Shown here piece by piece: positions 39,218-51,200 of a DNA stretch of 64,000 nt. Positions within the stretch are counted from its first letter, which is position 1; each line of letters opens with the position of its first letter. The stretch comes from Octopus vulgaris (taxonomy: Eukaryota): contig OX597816.1 in assembly GCA_951406725.2 (NCBI GenBank), forward strand, positions 46,438,001 through 46,502,000, in the 5' to 3' direction. A model generated the notes under the pieces. It was not told the origin of the DNA. It did no database searches and saw nothing but the letters and a program-made list of their open reading frames with translations. Position numbers and translations under genes: made by a program.

Positions 39218-39625
39218 TGAGTGGCTGTGTAGTAAGTAGCTTGCTTACCAACCACATTGTTCCAGGTTCAGTCCCACTGCGTGGCACTTTCGGCAAATGT
39301 CTTCTTCTATAGCCTCAGGCCGACCAAAGCCTTGTGAGTGTATCTGGTAGGCGGAAATTGAAAGAAGCCCGGTGTATATAAATACATATATATGTGTGTT
39401 TGTGTGTGTGTGTGTATGTTTGTGTGTCTGTGCTTGTTCCCACAACATCACTTGACAACCGATGCTGGTGTGTTTACGTCCCCGTAACTTAATAGTTAAG
39501 CGAAAGACACCGATAGAATAAGTACTAGGCTTACAAAGGATAAGTCCTGGGGTCGATTTGCTCGACTAAAAGCGGTACTCCAGCAAGGATGCAGTCAAAT
39601 GACTGAAACAAGTAAAATAAAAGAA
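39218..39625 (+). mobile_element. SINE family A
   Basis: Near full-length copy. Confidence 0.9.
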
Positions 39626-40055
39626 TACATACATACATACAAACATGTACGCAGACGTGTATGTGTGTGTGCATACAACACATGCACACACGCACATATG
39701 CAAATATGCACAAATACATATATGGAATTTGACCACTTCGATCATGTTAAACGACCACATTATATTCTACAGATAAAAAAATAGTTCAGTTACAAAATAA
39801 AAATAACATTAAAAAAATTCATATACCTAATTTGAGAGAGGAATGTAAGATGGGCTTGGAAAGTGCCGTTTTCGGACGGGCTTGGAAACTGTAGTTTTCG
39901 GACTGGCTGTGCAAGCCCATCCGGATACTGCATTTTCCGAGCATGAAACTTGAAGTAGTTCATGTATAACACCTGTATTCATCAAAGGGTATTTAACTTT
40001 CTTTGAATTGAATATTTTTTGCCTGATTGTAACAAGTGAACAATATACTATACTC

Positions 40056-40056
<1 letters not shown>

Positions 40057-40095
<39 letters not shown>

Positions 40096-40699
40096 TGCCT
40101 CTGTTACACACACAGCCGAGAGGTCGTTACAAAGAATAGATGATGTAATATAGATATATATCTAAAGTACTGAAAACGTTCTTAGGGCCCTCCTAAACTA
40201 TATTTGTAACATAACTATTTTATCTAATGCTACGCCATTCAACAATTGCATCAAGCATTTGTAGTATTTTCTTATTAAGTGGAATCATATCTTAGAAGCC
40301 AACCTTCTGAGAATGCTGTAATCAACCCAGCCAAGGCGGTGCTCCAGCATGGCCGCAGTCAAATGACTGAAACAAGTAAAAAAGTATAAGAATAGAGTTT
40401 TTAAGGTGGCGAGCTGGCTGAATCGTTGGCGCGCCGGGCGAAATGCTTAGCGGAATTTCGCCCGTCTTTGCATTGTTAGTTCAAATCTCGCTGATGTTGG
40501 CTTTACTTTTCAGGGTTGATAAAATAAGTACCAGTGGAGTACCAGGATCGATGTCATCGACTTATCCCTCCTTCAAAATTGCTGGCCTTGTGCTAAAATT
40601 TAAAACCAATTTACCGTTTATTCGTCTGTTTTGCCCAGTTACATGTCAATGGTCACTCTGAAATATTTATCTTATATAATTTTCGTTTCGTGTGTGTGT

Positions 40700-40736
<37 letters not shown>

Positions 40737-40972
40737 TGTGTTACACACACAGCCGAGAGCTCGTTACAAAGAATAGATGATGTAATATAGATATATATCT
40801 AAAGTACTAAAAACCTTCTTAGGGCGCTCCTAAACTATATTTGTAACATAACTATTTTATCTAATGCTACGCCATTCAACAATTGCTATCAAGCATTTGT
40901 ATCATTTCTTTATGAAGTGGAATCGTACCTCAGAAGCCAGCCTTCTGAGAATGCTGTAATCAACCCAACCAA
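40057..40972 (+). repeat. Local ~280 bp direct duplication
   Basis: ~40057-40333 matches ~40690-40972; the spacer holds a SINE A tail and a SINE C copy. Confidence 0.85.
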
Positions 40973-41605
40973 CGATATGAGAAATATTTACTTCCACTGT
41001 ATTGGCAAGACTAACGTCATACTTAAACAACCCTGCCATTTTTTGCTTTTCCTTTTCTTTCTTACTTTTTCCCCCTATTGTTTTTGTTTGGCTTTTGTTT
41101 TTGCGTGTTGGGGGTATCTACTTCCCCGCTTCCATTCTTCTTTATCAGAAGTCAGTAAATTATTTTACTCTGTTACTGGTTACACCCAATGAGCTCTGTC
41201 CATGCTGGGGCAGGCATGATCCTTTTGTTACAAAAGCATTTCGTCTCTCGCTAGGCATGAACATTAGACATGCGCAAGGATGATCTTAAATTTACACACA
41301 CGCGCGTGTGCGCGCACACATGTATGTATGTGTCTGTATAGAATATAGAAAACAAACAAATATGATAAATAGTTTGTAAGATATTTAGTTACATCATCTT
41401 ACATACGTTTTATTAACATAAGGTGTTATTATTTACATAATGTAAATTACATAATCAAAACTAATGGTTAAATCGTCAGAGACATATAGCTTTTATTACG
41501 TAAAAATTACAGGATTGAAAACATGCTAAGAGAATCAGCTACCATGGAGATGGCGAGTGTCATGTATAAGAGTTACGTCGCAGCATTTACTTCGAAGTAA
41601 GAGTA

Positions 41606-42010
41606 GGCGTAGGAGTGGCTGTGTGGTAAGTATATTGCTTACCAACCACATGGTTCCGGGTTCAGTCCCACTGCGTGGCACCTTGGGCAAGTATCTTCTA
41701 CTATAACCTCAGGCCGACCAAGGCCTTGTGAATGGATTTGGTAGACACAAACTGAAAGAAGCCCGTCGTATATATGTTTATATATGTGTGTGTGTGTGTA
41801 TGTTTGTGTGTCTGTGTTTGTCCCCCCACCAACATCGCTTGACAACCGATGCTGGTGTGTTTACGTCCCCGTAACTTAGCGGTTCGGCAAAATAGACCGA
41901 TAGAATAAGTACTAGGCTTACAAAGAATAAGTCGTGGGGTCGATTTGCTCGACTAAAGGCGGTGCTCCAGCATGGCCACAGTCAAATGAATGAACCAAGT
42001 TAAAGAGTAA
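41606..42010 (+). mobile_element. SINE family A
   Basis: Full-length copy. Confidence 0.9.
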
Positions 42011-43512
42011 GGAATATTTCCCCAGGAAAATATCAGGTACCAACGACTTCTGCCTCATTGGAGTGTATTTTAAACAGGTATCACAAAAGATTATTGATTT
42101 GCCAAAGATTATTGATTTTGCTCGAGTAGGTTAAGGATTCAAAAACCACTGGCCAAGAAGAATGTGATGAAAAAGTGTATAACATAGTTTTCACCTAACA
42201 AATTCCATTCACAAAGCTCAAGTTATTTGTGAACCCAAGGCTGCTGTAGAAGACATTTACCCAAGGTAACGTGCGGTGGGATCGAACCTAGAATCATGTA
42301 ACTGCGAAACGAAATTCTTAACCACCCTTTTATATTTGTGTCTGGAATTTATTTATCTATTTCACGAAAAGGTATGATAAACATATTTTAGTCAATTCAT
42401 AGAAGGTTCATAATCAGAGGCATTCATCAACGAGAAATCATTTCTCTTGACTTTCAGCAAGATATAATTGGTGTGGTGATGCTCATGCATTTCCAGATTA
42501 AAGCACTTAGATTATAGCACATAGTTTCAGGCAAATAGAGTGGTGATATAGAGGCTTCCTGAATGTCAAGCCATCCAGGAAGCCGCTATATCGCCACTCT
42601 ATTTGCCTGAAACAGGAATTGCATATCTTAAAGATTACACCTCTACCACCTAAAAGCAAGGAAAGGATGCATTACGTAATGTAGACATAGATAATCCTAA
42701 AAAGAGGTGATAGTCACGGCTGGAACGTCGTTGGTCATAGATCTGCGCGGTGATTCCCTGGAGCGAAATCGACAAGTATAACAAATTAATTAGGTTTTAT
42801 TTGCTACAGACCTTACTCCTCAACCTAGAACCCTTGCAAATCTTAAACTGAAAATTCCGACTCTTAATCCTTTGGTTAACAACAAATATGGCTAAAGCAT
42901 GATCTATAAGAAGGGAAGAAATGCAGAAAGCCCGACATACCATAGGTATGACTAGAACTATATTACCAAATATATTCTTTCTTTATTCAAGACAGTTGTG
43001 TGCGATTTGAGGGATATTTGACATCTATTTCTAATAAACCCATCGGCCATATTAAGGGCCTCCTTGTCGGCTTTTATATCTATAACATTATGGCAAATGA
43101 TGTAGTATCGATTATCATTTCCCGATAACCCAATCTGTGGCTGACGTTGATGCTATTTCACTTACAGCTTAATCGGAATTGGCCTTGGGCTAAGCAACAC
43201 AACTAAAGCTAGTTGCTTATCAGCACCCGTCTCTTTTAAAATTATATTCCACAAAAACCATTGAACTCAACACTGCAAATTAACGTAGCACTCCTGAAAT
43301 TTTGGGTCTTCCCGCTACCTGCAGCAATCAGTAATTTAGCTCTGCAGTACTTATTTGCAGGTGAGTGAACAAGAGCACTGGACGTTAAGGGTACTGGCAA
43401 CGCATCGTTAAACACAGGTGACTCAACTAGGTCTGTCGATCTACTATGAGTAGTGACCAAATTTTCAAACCCCACCGCAAAGAAGAACACTTTGGATAAT
43501 GTTGTCCCTGAT

Positions 43513-43617
<105 letters not shown>

Positions 43618-43706
43618 GGTAAGATAACAAAAGAAAGAAAGAGACCTCAATATTATGTAAATAGAGGAAATTTATCTATACAATATGTTACATTACTCGG
43701 TAGTCA

Positions 43707-43769
43707 AGATAAAACTCTGAGTTTCAGATGCCGAAGTGGAAATCCACAACACCATCTCTTCGGTTATCT
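43707..43769 (-). ncRNA. Mirror copy of the CCGA-core hammerhead motif
   Basis: Reverse complement of 45234-45296. Confidence 0.7.
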
Positions 43770-43964
43770 GGCTATTTGAAAACGTTATGAAAAAATACCG
43801 TTAAAAATGAAGGGAAATTACTCTGTTATAACTCTGCTTTGCCTGCGTACTTATACATCGCTCGCATTTTTCGTCATAAAAATTATATAAAAATACATAA
43901 AAAATATATAAAAATATATAAAAATATATAAAATCTTCTTGGGACATAACACAGAAAGCATGTT

Positions 43965-44498
43965 CTATCCGTTTTCTTTAGGGGACCAAAAACGTAACAG
44001 AAATTTAGTCACATGTGGGCATGATCCGAAAAGTTCTGTCCTTGTATTTAGACATGTGGTAGGGTCTAAGCTGCTTTTCCAGATAAGCCATCTCTCCATG
44101 TCGCATAAACCGCACCTTCCGCTGCCGTTAGTATAGGGCTTACATCTGGCCAAAATCTTCCATTGTATGTTATAATCGACACCTTTATCTCTTAAAGACC
44201 AAATATGATTGGATAATTGTGTCGCTTTTCTTTTGTTCCAGTGCCTAAAGCTCAAAGTGTGGTTATTGAACCTGGTCTTGAAATTACCCTCTGTCAGGCC
44301 CACGTATTTCTTCGTCAAAACGGTGTCTTTAGTGGTTATAGAGTTTACGGTAGCCTCATATATGATGGTCTTGGACATGCAAGCTCCATTTAGCGGGCAC
44401 AATTCTTTATTCCTGCATGAACAGCTGTTTTCTTCTTGTGTTTTTTGTATGTTATGATTGATTATGTTTTTAAAATTGGTAGTTGAACTAAAACTAAT
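43965..44498 (-). CDS. Mirror copy of the truncated PLE GIY-YIG ORF
   Basis: Reverse complement of 44505-45038 with one amino acid difference (KTRF vs KARF). Confidence 0.85.
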   Translation of the reverse strand: MSFSSTTNFKNIINHNIQKTQEENSCSCRNKELCPLNGACMSKTIIYEATVNSITTKDTVLTKKYVGLTEGNFKTRFNNHTLSFRHWNKRKATQLSNHIWSLRDKGVDYNIQWKILARCKPYTNGSGRCGLCDMERWLIWKSSLDPTTCLNTRTELFGSCPHVTKFLLRFWSPKENG

Positions 44499-44504
44499 TT
44501 TTAA

Positions 44505-45038
44505 ATTAGTTTTAGTTCAACTACCAATTTTAAAAACATAATCAATCATAACATACAAAAAACACAAGAAGAAAACAGCTGTTCATGCAGGAATAAAGAA
44601 TTGTGCCCGCTAAATGGAGCTTGCATGTCCAAGACCATCATATATGAGGCTACCGTAAACTCTATAACCACTAAAGACACCGTTTTGACGAAGAAATACG
44701 TGGGCCTGACAGAGGGTAATTTCAAGGCCAGGTTCAATAACCACACTTTGAGCTTTAGGCACTGGAACAAAAGAAAAGCGACACAATTATCCAATCATAT
44801 TTGGTCTTTAAGAGATAAAGGTGTCGATTATAACATACAATGGAAGATTTTGGCCAGATGTAAGCCCTATACTAACGGCAGCGGAAGGTGCGGTTTATGC
44901 GACATGGAGAGATGGCTTATCTGGAAAAGCAGCTTAGACCCTACCACATGTCTAAATACAAGGACAGAACTTTTCGGATCATGCCCACATGTGACTAAAT
45001 TTCTGTTACGTTTTTGGTCCCCTAAAGAAAACGGATAG
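44505..45038 (+). CDS. Truncated PLE ORF C-terminus: linker plus GIY-YIG endonuclease (no start codon)
   Basis: Frame is open from the hairpin tip: ISFSSTTNFKNIINHN...CSCRNKELCPLNGAC...IIYEATV...KYVGLTEGNFKARFNNH...CGLCDMERWLI...LNTRTE. The CxCx5C linker fits Nematis-type PLEs as I recall them. Confidence 0.85.
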   Translation: MSFSSTTNFKNIINHNIQKTQEENSCSCRNKELCPLNGACMSKTIIYEATVNSITTKDTVLTKKYVGLTEGNFKARFNNHTLSFRHWNKRKATQLSNHIWSLRDKGVDYNIQWKILARCKPYTNGSGRCGLCDMERWLIWKSSLDPTTCLNTRTELFGSCPHVTKFLLRFWSPKENG

Positions 45039-45233
45039 AACATGCTTTCTGTGTTATGTCCCAAGAAGATTTTATATATTTTTATATATTTTTATATATT
45101 TTTTATGTATTTTTATATAATTTTTATGACGAAAAATGCGAGCGATGTATAAGTACGCAGGCAAAGCAGAGTTATAACAGAGTAATTTCCCTTCATTTTT
45201 AACGGTATTTTTTCATAACGTTTTCAAATAGCC

Positions 45234-45296
45234 AGATAACCGAAGAGATGGTGTTGTGGATTTCCACTTCGGCATCTGAAACTCAGAGTTTTATCT
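45234..45296 (+). ncRNA. Type I hammerhead ribozyme motif, CCGA core variant
   Basis: agataa-CCGAAGA-gatg..catc-t-GAA-ACTC a GAGT-T-ttatct. Stem I agataa/ttatct, stem II gatg/catc, stem III ACTC/GAGT. Lies in the PLE 3' UTR. Confidence 0.7.
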
Positions 45297-45325
45297 TGAC
45301 TACCGAGTAATGTAACATATTGTAT

Positions 45326-45384
<59 letters not shown>

Positions 45385-45386
<2 letters not shown>

Positions 45387-45755
45387 CACAGGAGTAGCTG
45401 TGTGGTAAGTAGCTTGCTTAACAACCACAGTCCCGGGTTCAGTCCAACTGCGTGGCACCTTGGGCAAGTGTCTTCTACTATAGCCTCGGGCCGACCAAAG
45501 CCTTGTGAGTGGATTTGGTAGACGGAAACTGGAAGAAGCTCGTCGTATATGTATATATGTGTGTGTGTGTGTTTGTCCTCCCTACATCGCTTGACAACCG
45601 TGTGTTTACGTCCCCGTAACTTGGCGGTTCGGCAAAAGAGACCGATAGAATAAGTACTAGGTTTACAAAGACAAAGCTCTGGGGTCGATTTGCTCGACTA
45701 TAAAGGCGGTGCTCCAGCATGGCCGCAGTCAAATGACTGAAACAAGTAAAAGAGT
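45385..45755 (+). mobile_element. SINE family A
   Basis: Full-length copy within (TA)n. Confidence 0.9.
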
Positions 45756-47126
45756 ATATATATATATATATAAGACACGATAGACGTGGCTGGAGAGCCT
45801 TTGCTCATATATCATTTGTTTAGTCAAAGTAGACCTGGGGTTAAACAACAATTTAGGGCAGTGTCATTGTATGCTTATTTACCTATTTGATTTACCTTAT
45901 AAAATGATACTTCTACGTTCGTTTTGTTCGGTTCACCTCAACATACGCTATGTCACCGCTTATAAATAGGTGCAGTAGTCATAACACATAGTGTTTGCAA
46001 AGGCGAATACAGGTTTTTAACGACAATAACAACAATTTCAACCACAAGAACAGCAACACTTTTTTTACTGTAATATTTACATTAATTTCTAACACCAAAC
46101 GTTTGCTTAAATGATTGTGTACTATAAAGAAATATTTTAATGTTTATTTGTTAGTTTTCTTCTTTTTTAATTTTTTTTTTTTTTTTTTTTCCACAAGAAT
46201 AACATAACATGGACAAATATTGATAAATTTACATTTGGTTGTTGAATTAATGCACTGGATATGTTTGGTCTAACAAGCTGCAGGTAAAGTATTTTTGAAG
46301 AGAGTAGGCGAGAGTAAATCAAGTTAGTATATTTATACCTAGGCTTGGTTTTTACTTTGCTGAACCCAAGTGTAATGTTTCTCACTTACAATATTTATAA
46401 AAATCATAGATGGCTGTTTGTTGAACATATTTTATGTGTCAGACAAAGGGAAATGAAGTCGACCTGTTATAAAGTCAGCGGAAGCTGATGTGACCGGAAG
46501 TTAATACACTATGATAATACGAAAATTAATATCGATCGATTTGTCAGTATTGAACTTGATTTGTTTTGCTTTTAAACTCGTTAACAACCATAGCAGCAAG
46601 AATAGTTTTACCACTAATGACTATTTAATTGTTACAAAGCTAATTTTGAAGATAAGAATAAAAGACCAAGTGAGCCATTGCAAATTTGAATACATGAATG
46701 TTGTTCCAACAACTGTATGGCTCACTTGGTAGAATTCTAAATACAAGTCCGGTTAGTTTTGTTCAGAATCATATCGCTACATTATACAACGGCATCTGGT
46801 TTGTGGTCAAAGGAAACGGCCATCTGTCAGTCTCTTAAGAATTCACCCCTCTTGATGCTTTTGTAAGACGCATGGTCACCAAAACTGGTCTACAGATGCG
46901 ACCATGACGTAAGTGAAGGAGAAATTGTTTTAAAAAGGAACGAAAGTAAGGGTTTAAAACTGGCGTATTGATTCAGATGAGAAGTAACTTTTCTGCAGCA
47001 GCGGTCGCCTACCTTTTTTGCACGACAGACCACTTTCATGCAACGTAATTTTTTTATGGACTAGGGGATCATTTGCGCAATAAAACACAATAAAGTGCAT
47101 TAGAATACATACATACATACATACAT

Positions 47127-47195
<69 letters not shown>

Positions 47196-48120
47196 TACAT
47201 ACATACATACATCGACTCCAGGTCATTAGTGTCACTCAAGCTCATGACAGATTTCGTCACTGGGTCATGGCAGATTTCACATAAGACACATACCTGCTTA
47301 AAGACTTTCACGTTTTCCCGCTTTATCTCTAACCCCAAATAGCTTCTTTTTTTTTTTTTATATTTAGCACTATGTCTTTCTTCATTTTTAAGTTAAGGGT
47401 AAAAATAAAGCAACCCTGCAAAACACAGCTGATCGTTACACACAGATGCACAGAATAACAGCAATCAAATAACGACAGCGGAGCGCACAACAAACATCAG
47501 CGATCTAACTGTCACCTGTACTCTTGACAAGAGATGCCAGTTAGTCTTTTACACCTACAAGGCTCGTTCATATTAGCCCAAGTTGCTGGATAATTTTTCG
47601 TTCTTTTAAGAATATTGTAGAATGGAAAATTTTCATTGATTAGAATTTAAATCCTAATCTTTATAGAAATATATTGCTTCAAGAAAACATTGAACTTAAA
47701 TTACTTTTTACGATTATAGATAACAACATGGGCTGTAACTTCTGAGCCCGAGTCAGGCGCGTGTGAACGATGTCGAGAGAACGTCTGCTACCAATGATTA
47801 TTTTATATATATTATTCAAAGAAATTCCAACTCTGTTTTTTATGTTTTATTTATATTATTTATAATATTAATGTAGAATATAGAATATATAGTATAAATA
47901 GTATATATAATGTAAAATGAAATGAAGTATTGATTGTCTTATTGAATAGATGAAATACTGAATATCAAATATTAAGGGACTAGTATACTTTCTTGCATTA
48001 TAGCAGTCTTCAAGGTCCCAGGTTGTGACGGGAATGTATATACATGATGCAAAAATACCCTGCAGACCCGCGACTGTCAATAAATTAGAAATAAACATTT
48101 TAAACTTTATTTTTTTCTAT

Positions 48121-48163
48121 GTACCCTGGTACTGGTGGCGGCCCTGGCAGTTGGGAAACCCCT
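48121..48163 (-). mobile_element. hAT (Charlie-type) terminal inverted repeat remnant
   Basis: Minus strand reads CAGGGGTTTCCCAAC; partner end not found. Confidence 0.45.
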
Positions 48164-48763
48164 GCTATAGAACACATACACAACATGACACAATAAAATT
48201 TTAATGCTTCTTTAGTTTGCAGTATTGATCGCGAATACATTCTTGTGATAGACTGGTGTGCAATCCATTTCAATAGTTTAACATCTTGAAGAAACTAACG
48301 TAATTTTCAGTATATAGTGACACTTTTCGTTAATAACGAGGATAAAAAGATCAACAAAAACAATTTGATGGACTTAATTTCTTAAGTTTTTACAACATTA
48401 ATTACTAGTCCTTCGTGCTGAATACTACAAATACATATATGTGCTACTAAGAAAGTTCTCTGAATGATACTCTCATTTCAAGACTAATATTCCATGTATG
48501 GCAGTAAGATTAAATTATAATTAGATTGCTTTAAAGACTTATAACTGAATAATATTCTTTGTAACTAAAAGATAAACACACGGAAAAGAGTAGGTCAAGG
48601 TTGTTCAAACGATAAATTTAGCGACATATATCAGAAAAACTCAATTTTTGATTCATCAGATCAATGTCCAGCCGAAACGTACACATAATCAATTGGCATT
48701 TCATATTTTAATGTACATCTATCTTGTGGTTCCACGGCAAGCAAATAGATTCAGATCTACAAG

Positions 48764-48847
<84 letters not shown>

Positions 48848-49300
48848 GAGTGAGAGAGCAGTGCATGCCATCAAAGTGACACTGGGGTAAAATATATGAA
48901 GCCCAGTATACCCATCATAACTACGCGTCTGATAAGGGTACACCAGGCACATGCATCACAACCATATGTGCGCGACATGGTAATCTCATATCAAGATAAA
49001 CAGCGCATGGCCTTGCAGGTGGGGCTCAGTTAGAATGTTCTTCTCGTCGAGTAGCCCATCCCGCTCAAAAGGTCCCTGAAAAAGGATTGTTTAAGGATGT
49101 TGAACGAACCACCCATGTTTCCAAGGGTGAATTATCCAAGCCTCCAAGAATTCCTTTCAACACACAGCTATGATGCTCCCCCACTACTTCTGCTCGTAGT
49201 CAGAAATGCACATATCGTCAGCCACTAAGGGACGTGGTTAAGGTCAAACAACTGACAAGCAAATCAGTGGTATTGAGCAGAATATTTGCTGTAGCCCATC
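48848..49300 (-). mobile_element. Non-autonomous repeat family D, ending in (AAT)n
   Basis: Homologous in reverse to 56730-57145; both copies are embedded in TAA-type repeats. Confidence 0.75.
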
Positions 49301-49595
49301 ATTATTATTATTTTTGAAAGAGTGTGAAAAAGAGTTGTTATGTTCCCGCCTTTCCGGAAGGCATCATCTGTAATTGAGAATTGAAACCAGATTCCTTCCC
49401 TTTCTCTTCGCATGCCATAGTTCTAACTCTGTTATACTCACCATTCTACTGATTAATGTCACCTCAATGTTTGAAATATTTCACTCCTGACAGAAAGTTA
49501 AAAGCTTGGAAGTTTTAAGAGAGGGTGAAGCAGACTGTGTGTTTCAGATTCTTGAAATTGTCTCCTCTTCTCGCGTGGAGCTAGTCTCAATTTGT

Positions 49596-49975
49596 GGAGG
49601 CGCAATGGCCCAGTGGTTAGGACAGCGGACTCGTGGTTGTAGGATCGCGGTTTCGATTCCCAGACCGGGCGTTGTGAGTGTTTATTGAGCGAAAACACCT
49701 AAAAGCTCCACGAGGCTCCGGCAGGGATGGTGGTGATCCCTGCTGTACTCTTTCACCACAACTTTCTCTCACTCTTACTTCCTGTTTCTGTTGTACCTGT
49801 ATTTCAAGGGGCCGGCCTTGTCACTCTCTGTGTCACGCTGAATATCCCCGACAACTACGTTAAGGGTACACGTGTCTGTGGAGTGCTCAGCCACTTACAC
49901 GTTAATTTCACGAGCAGGCTGTTTCGTTGATCGGATCAACCGAAACCCTCGTCGTCGTAACCGACGGAGTGCTTC
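49596..49975 (+). mobile_element. SINE family B, tail 1
   Basis: Close match to 25095-25475; flanked by the TSD agtctcaatttg. Confidence 0.9.
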
Positions 49976-50234
49976 CTCAGTCTCAATTTGCCATTTAGTA
50001 ACTATGACCCATCCTCCATCAGTGAAGATCATTTTAATAAATCGAGAATTCATCTTGTACGACATTTGATAGATATATATTTGTCTATTTGTTCAAATAC
50101 CTGACTCTGGTCACTCCCAAATATTTCTCTTAATCTATTTTTGTTTACACTACGCAAATCACCCTGACCATAAATGTTGTACTCTTTTTGTATACGTTTA
50201 AATCCCCTTGGCTACCGAAGACAAAAGTCAGGCA

Positions 50235-50280
50235 GTTGTGCTGACGACGCCAAATGAGCCTAAAAACACGCGTCCACGAC
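50235..50280 (+). ncRNA. Degenerate hammerhead motif
   Basis: gttgtg-CTGACGA-...-AAAACacgcGTC-cacgac. Stem I has 6 bp, but G12 is lost and stem II has decayed. Confidence 0.5.
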
Positions 50281-50974
50281 AGTCCTCTTACCTCCAGTCA
50301 GTAAGCCTACCCATTTCCTAAATAGCATGTTAACTATGGAGAATTCTTTTTTGAAGTTGTCTCCCCTTCACATGTGGAGTTTGTCATAATTTCCACTTGG
50401 TAATTATGGCACACCCCCTAGAAGGGCGGAGATAATTTTCCTAAATCAAGAATTTATATTGTATAGTATTTAATATACCTGTATTTATCTGTTATTCAAA
50501 TAGATGCCACAGGCCACCCTAAGTTCTTTCTTTTAACTCATTTTTGTGTGTGTGTATATAAATGTGTGTGTGTGTGAATGCATACATGAATTTATGTACA
50601 TTTACACATGCATACACATATACCATGCACAAGCACGCGCACACATGCACACTGACTGTAATTTATCAACCTATATTTCTTTTTTGTTGATACCTGAGAA
50701 AATCACAAAAAATAACAAACAATTTATACGACTCTGACTTAGTTTCAACTAATTCTAGTAGATGTTTCAACAGGAAGCTGTCAGAATGTCTTCCCTTTAT
50801 GCTTCTTATCTTGACACTCTGATAGGTAACGTAAGCATGCTTTCGAGTAAACGTTTATTTATTAGAACAATCGCTACATAAATGAGGTAAACATCTAAAT
50901 CCATTAATTTAGTCATTAACTTCCAGCTTTCTGGTTATATCGTTTTCCCAAAAGAAAAGCTGCTTTCTAGTTTA

Positions 50975-51200
50975 AAGGCAGCGAGCTGGCAGAAAAGTTA
51001 GCACGCCGGACGAAATGCTTAGCGGTTATTTCGCCTGCCGTTACGTTCTGAGTTCAAATTTCGCCGAGGTCGACATTGCCTTTCATTCTTTCGGGGTCGA
51101 TAAATTAAGTACCAGTTACGCACTGGGGTCGACTTAATCCGTTTGTCTGTCCTTGTTTGTCCCCTCTATGTTTAGCCCCTTGTGGGCAATAAAGAAATAA
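50975..51200 (+). mobile_element. SINE family C
   Basis: Full-length copy with a degenerate ~22 bp TSD. Confidence 0.9.
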
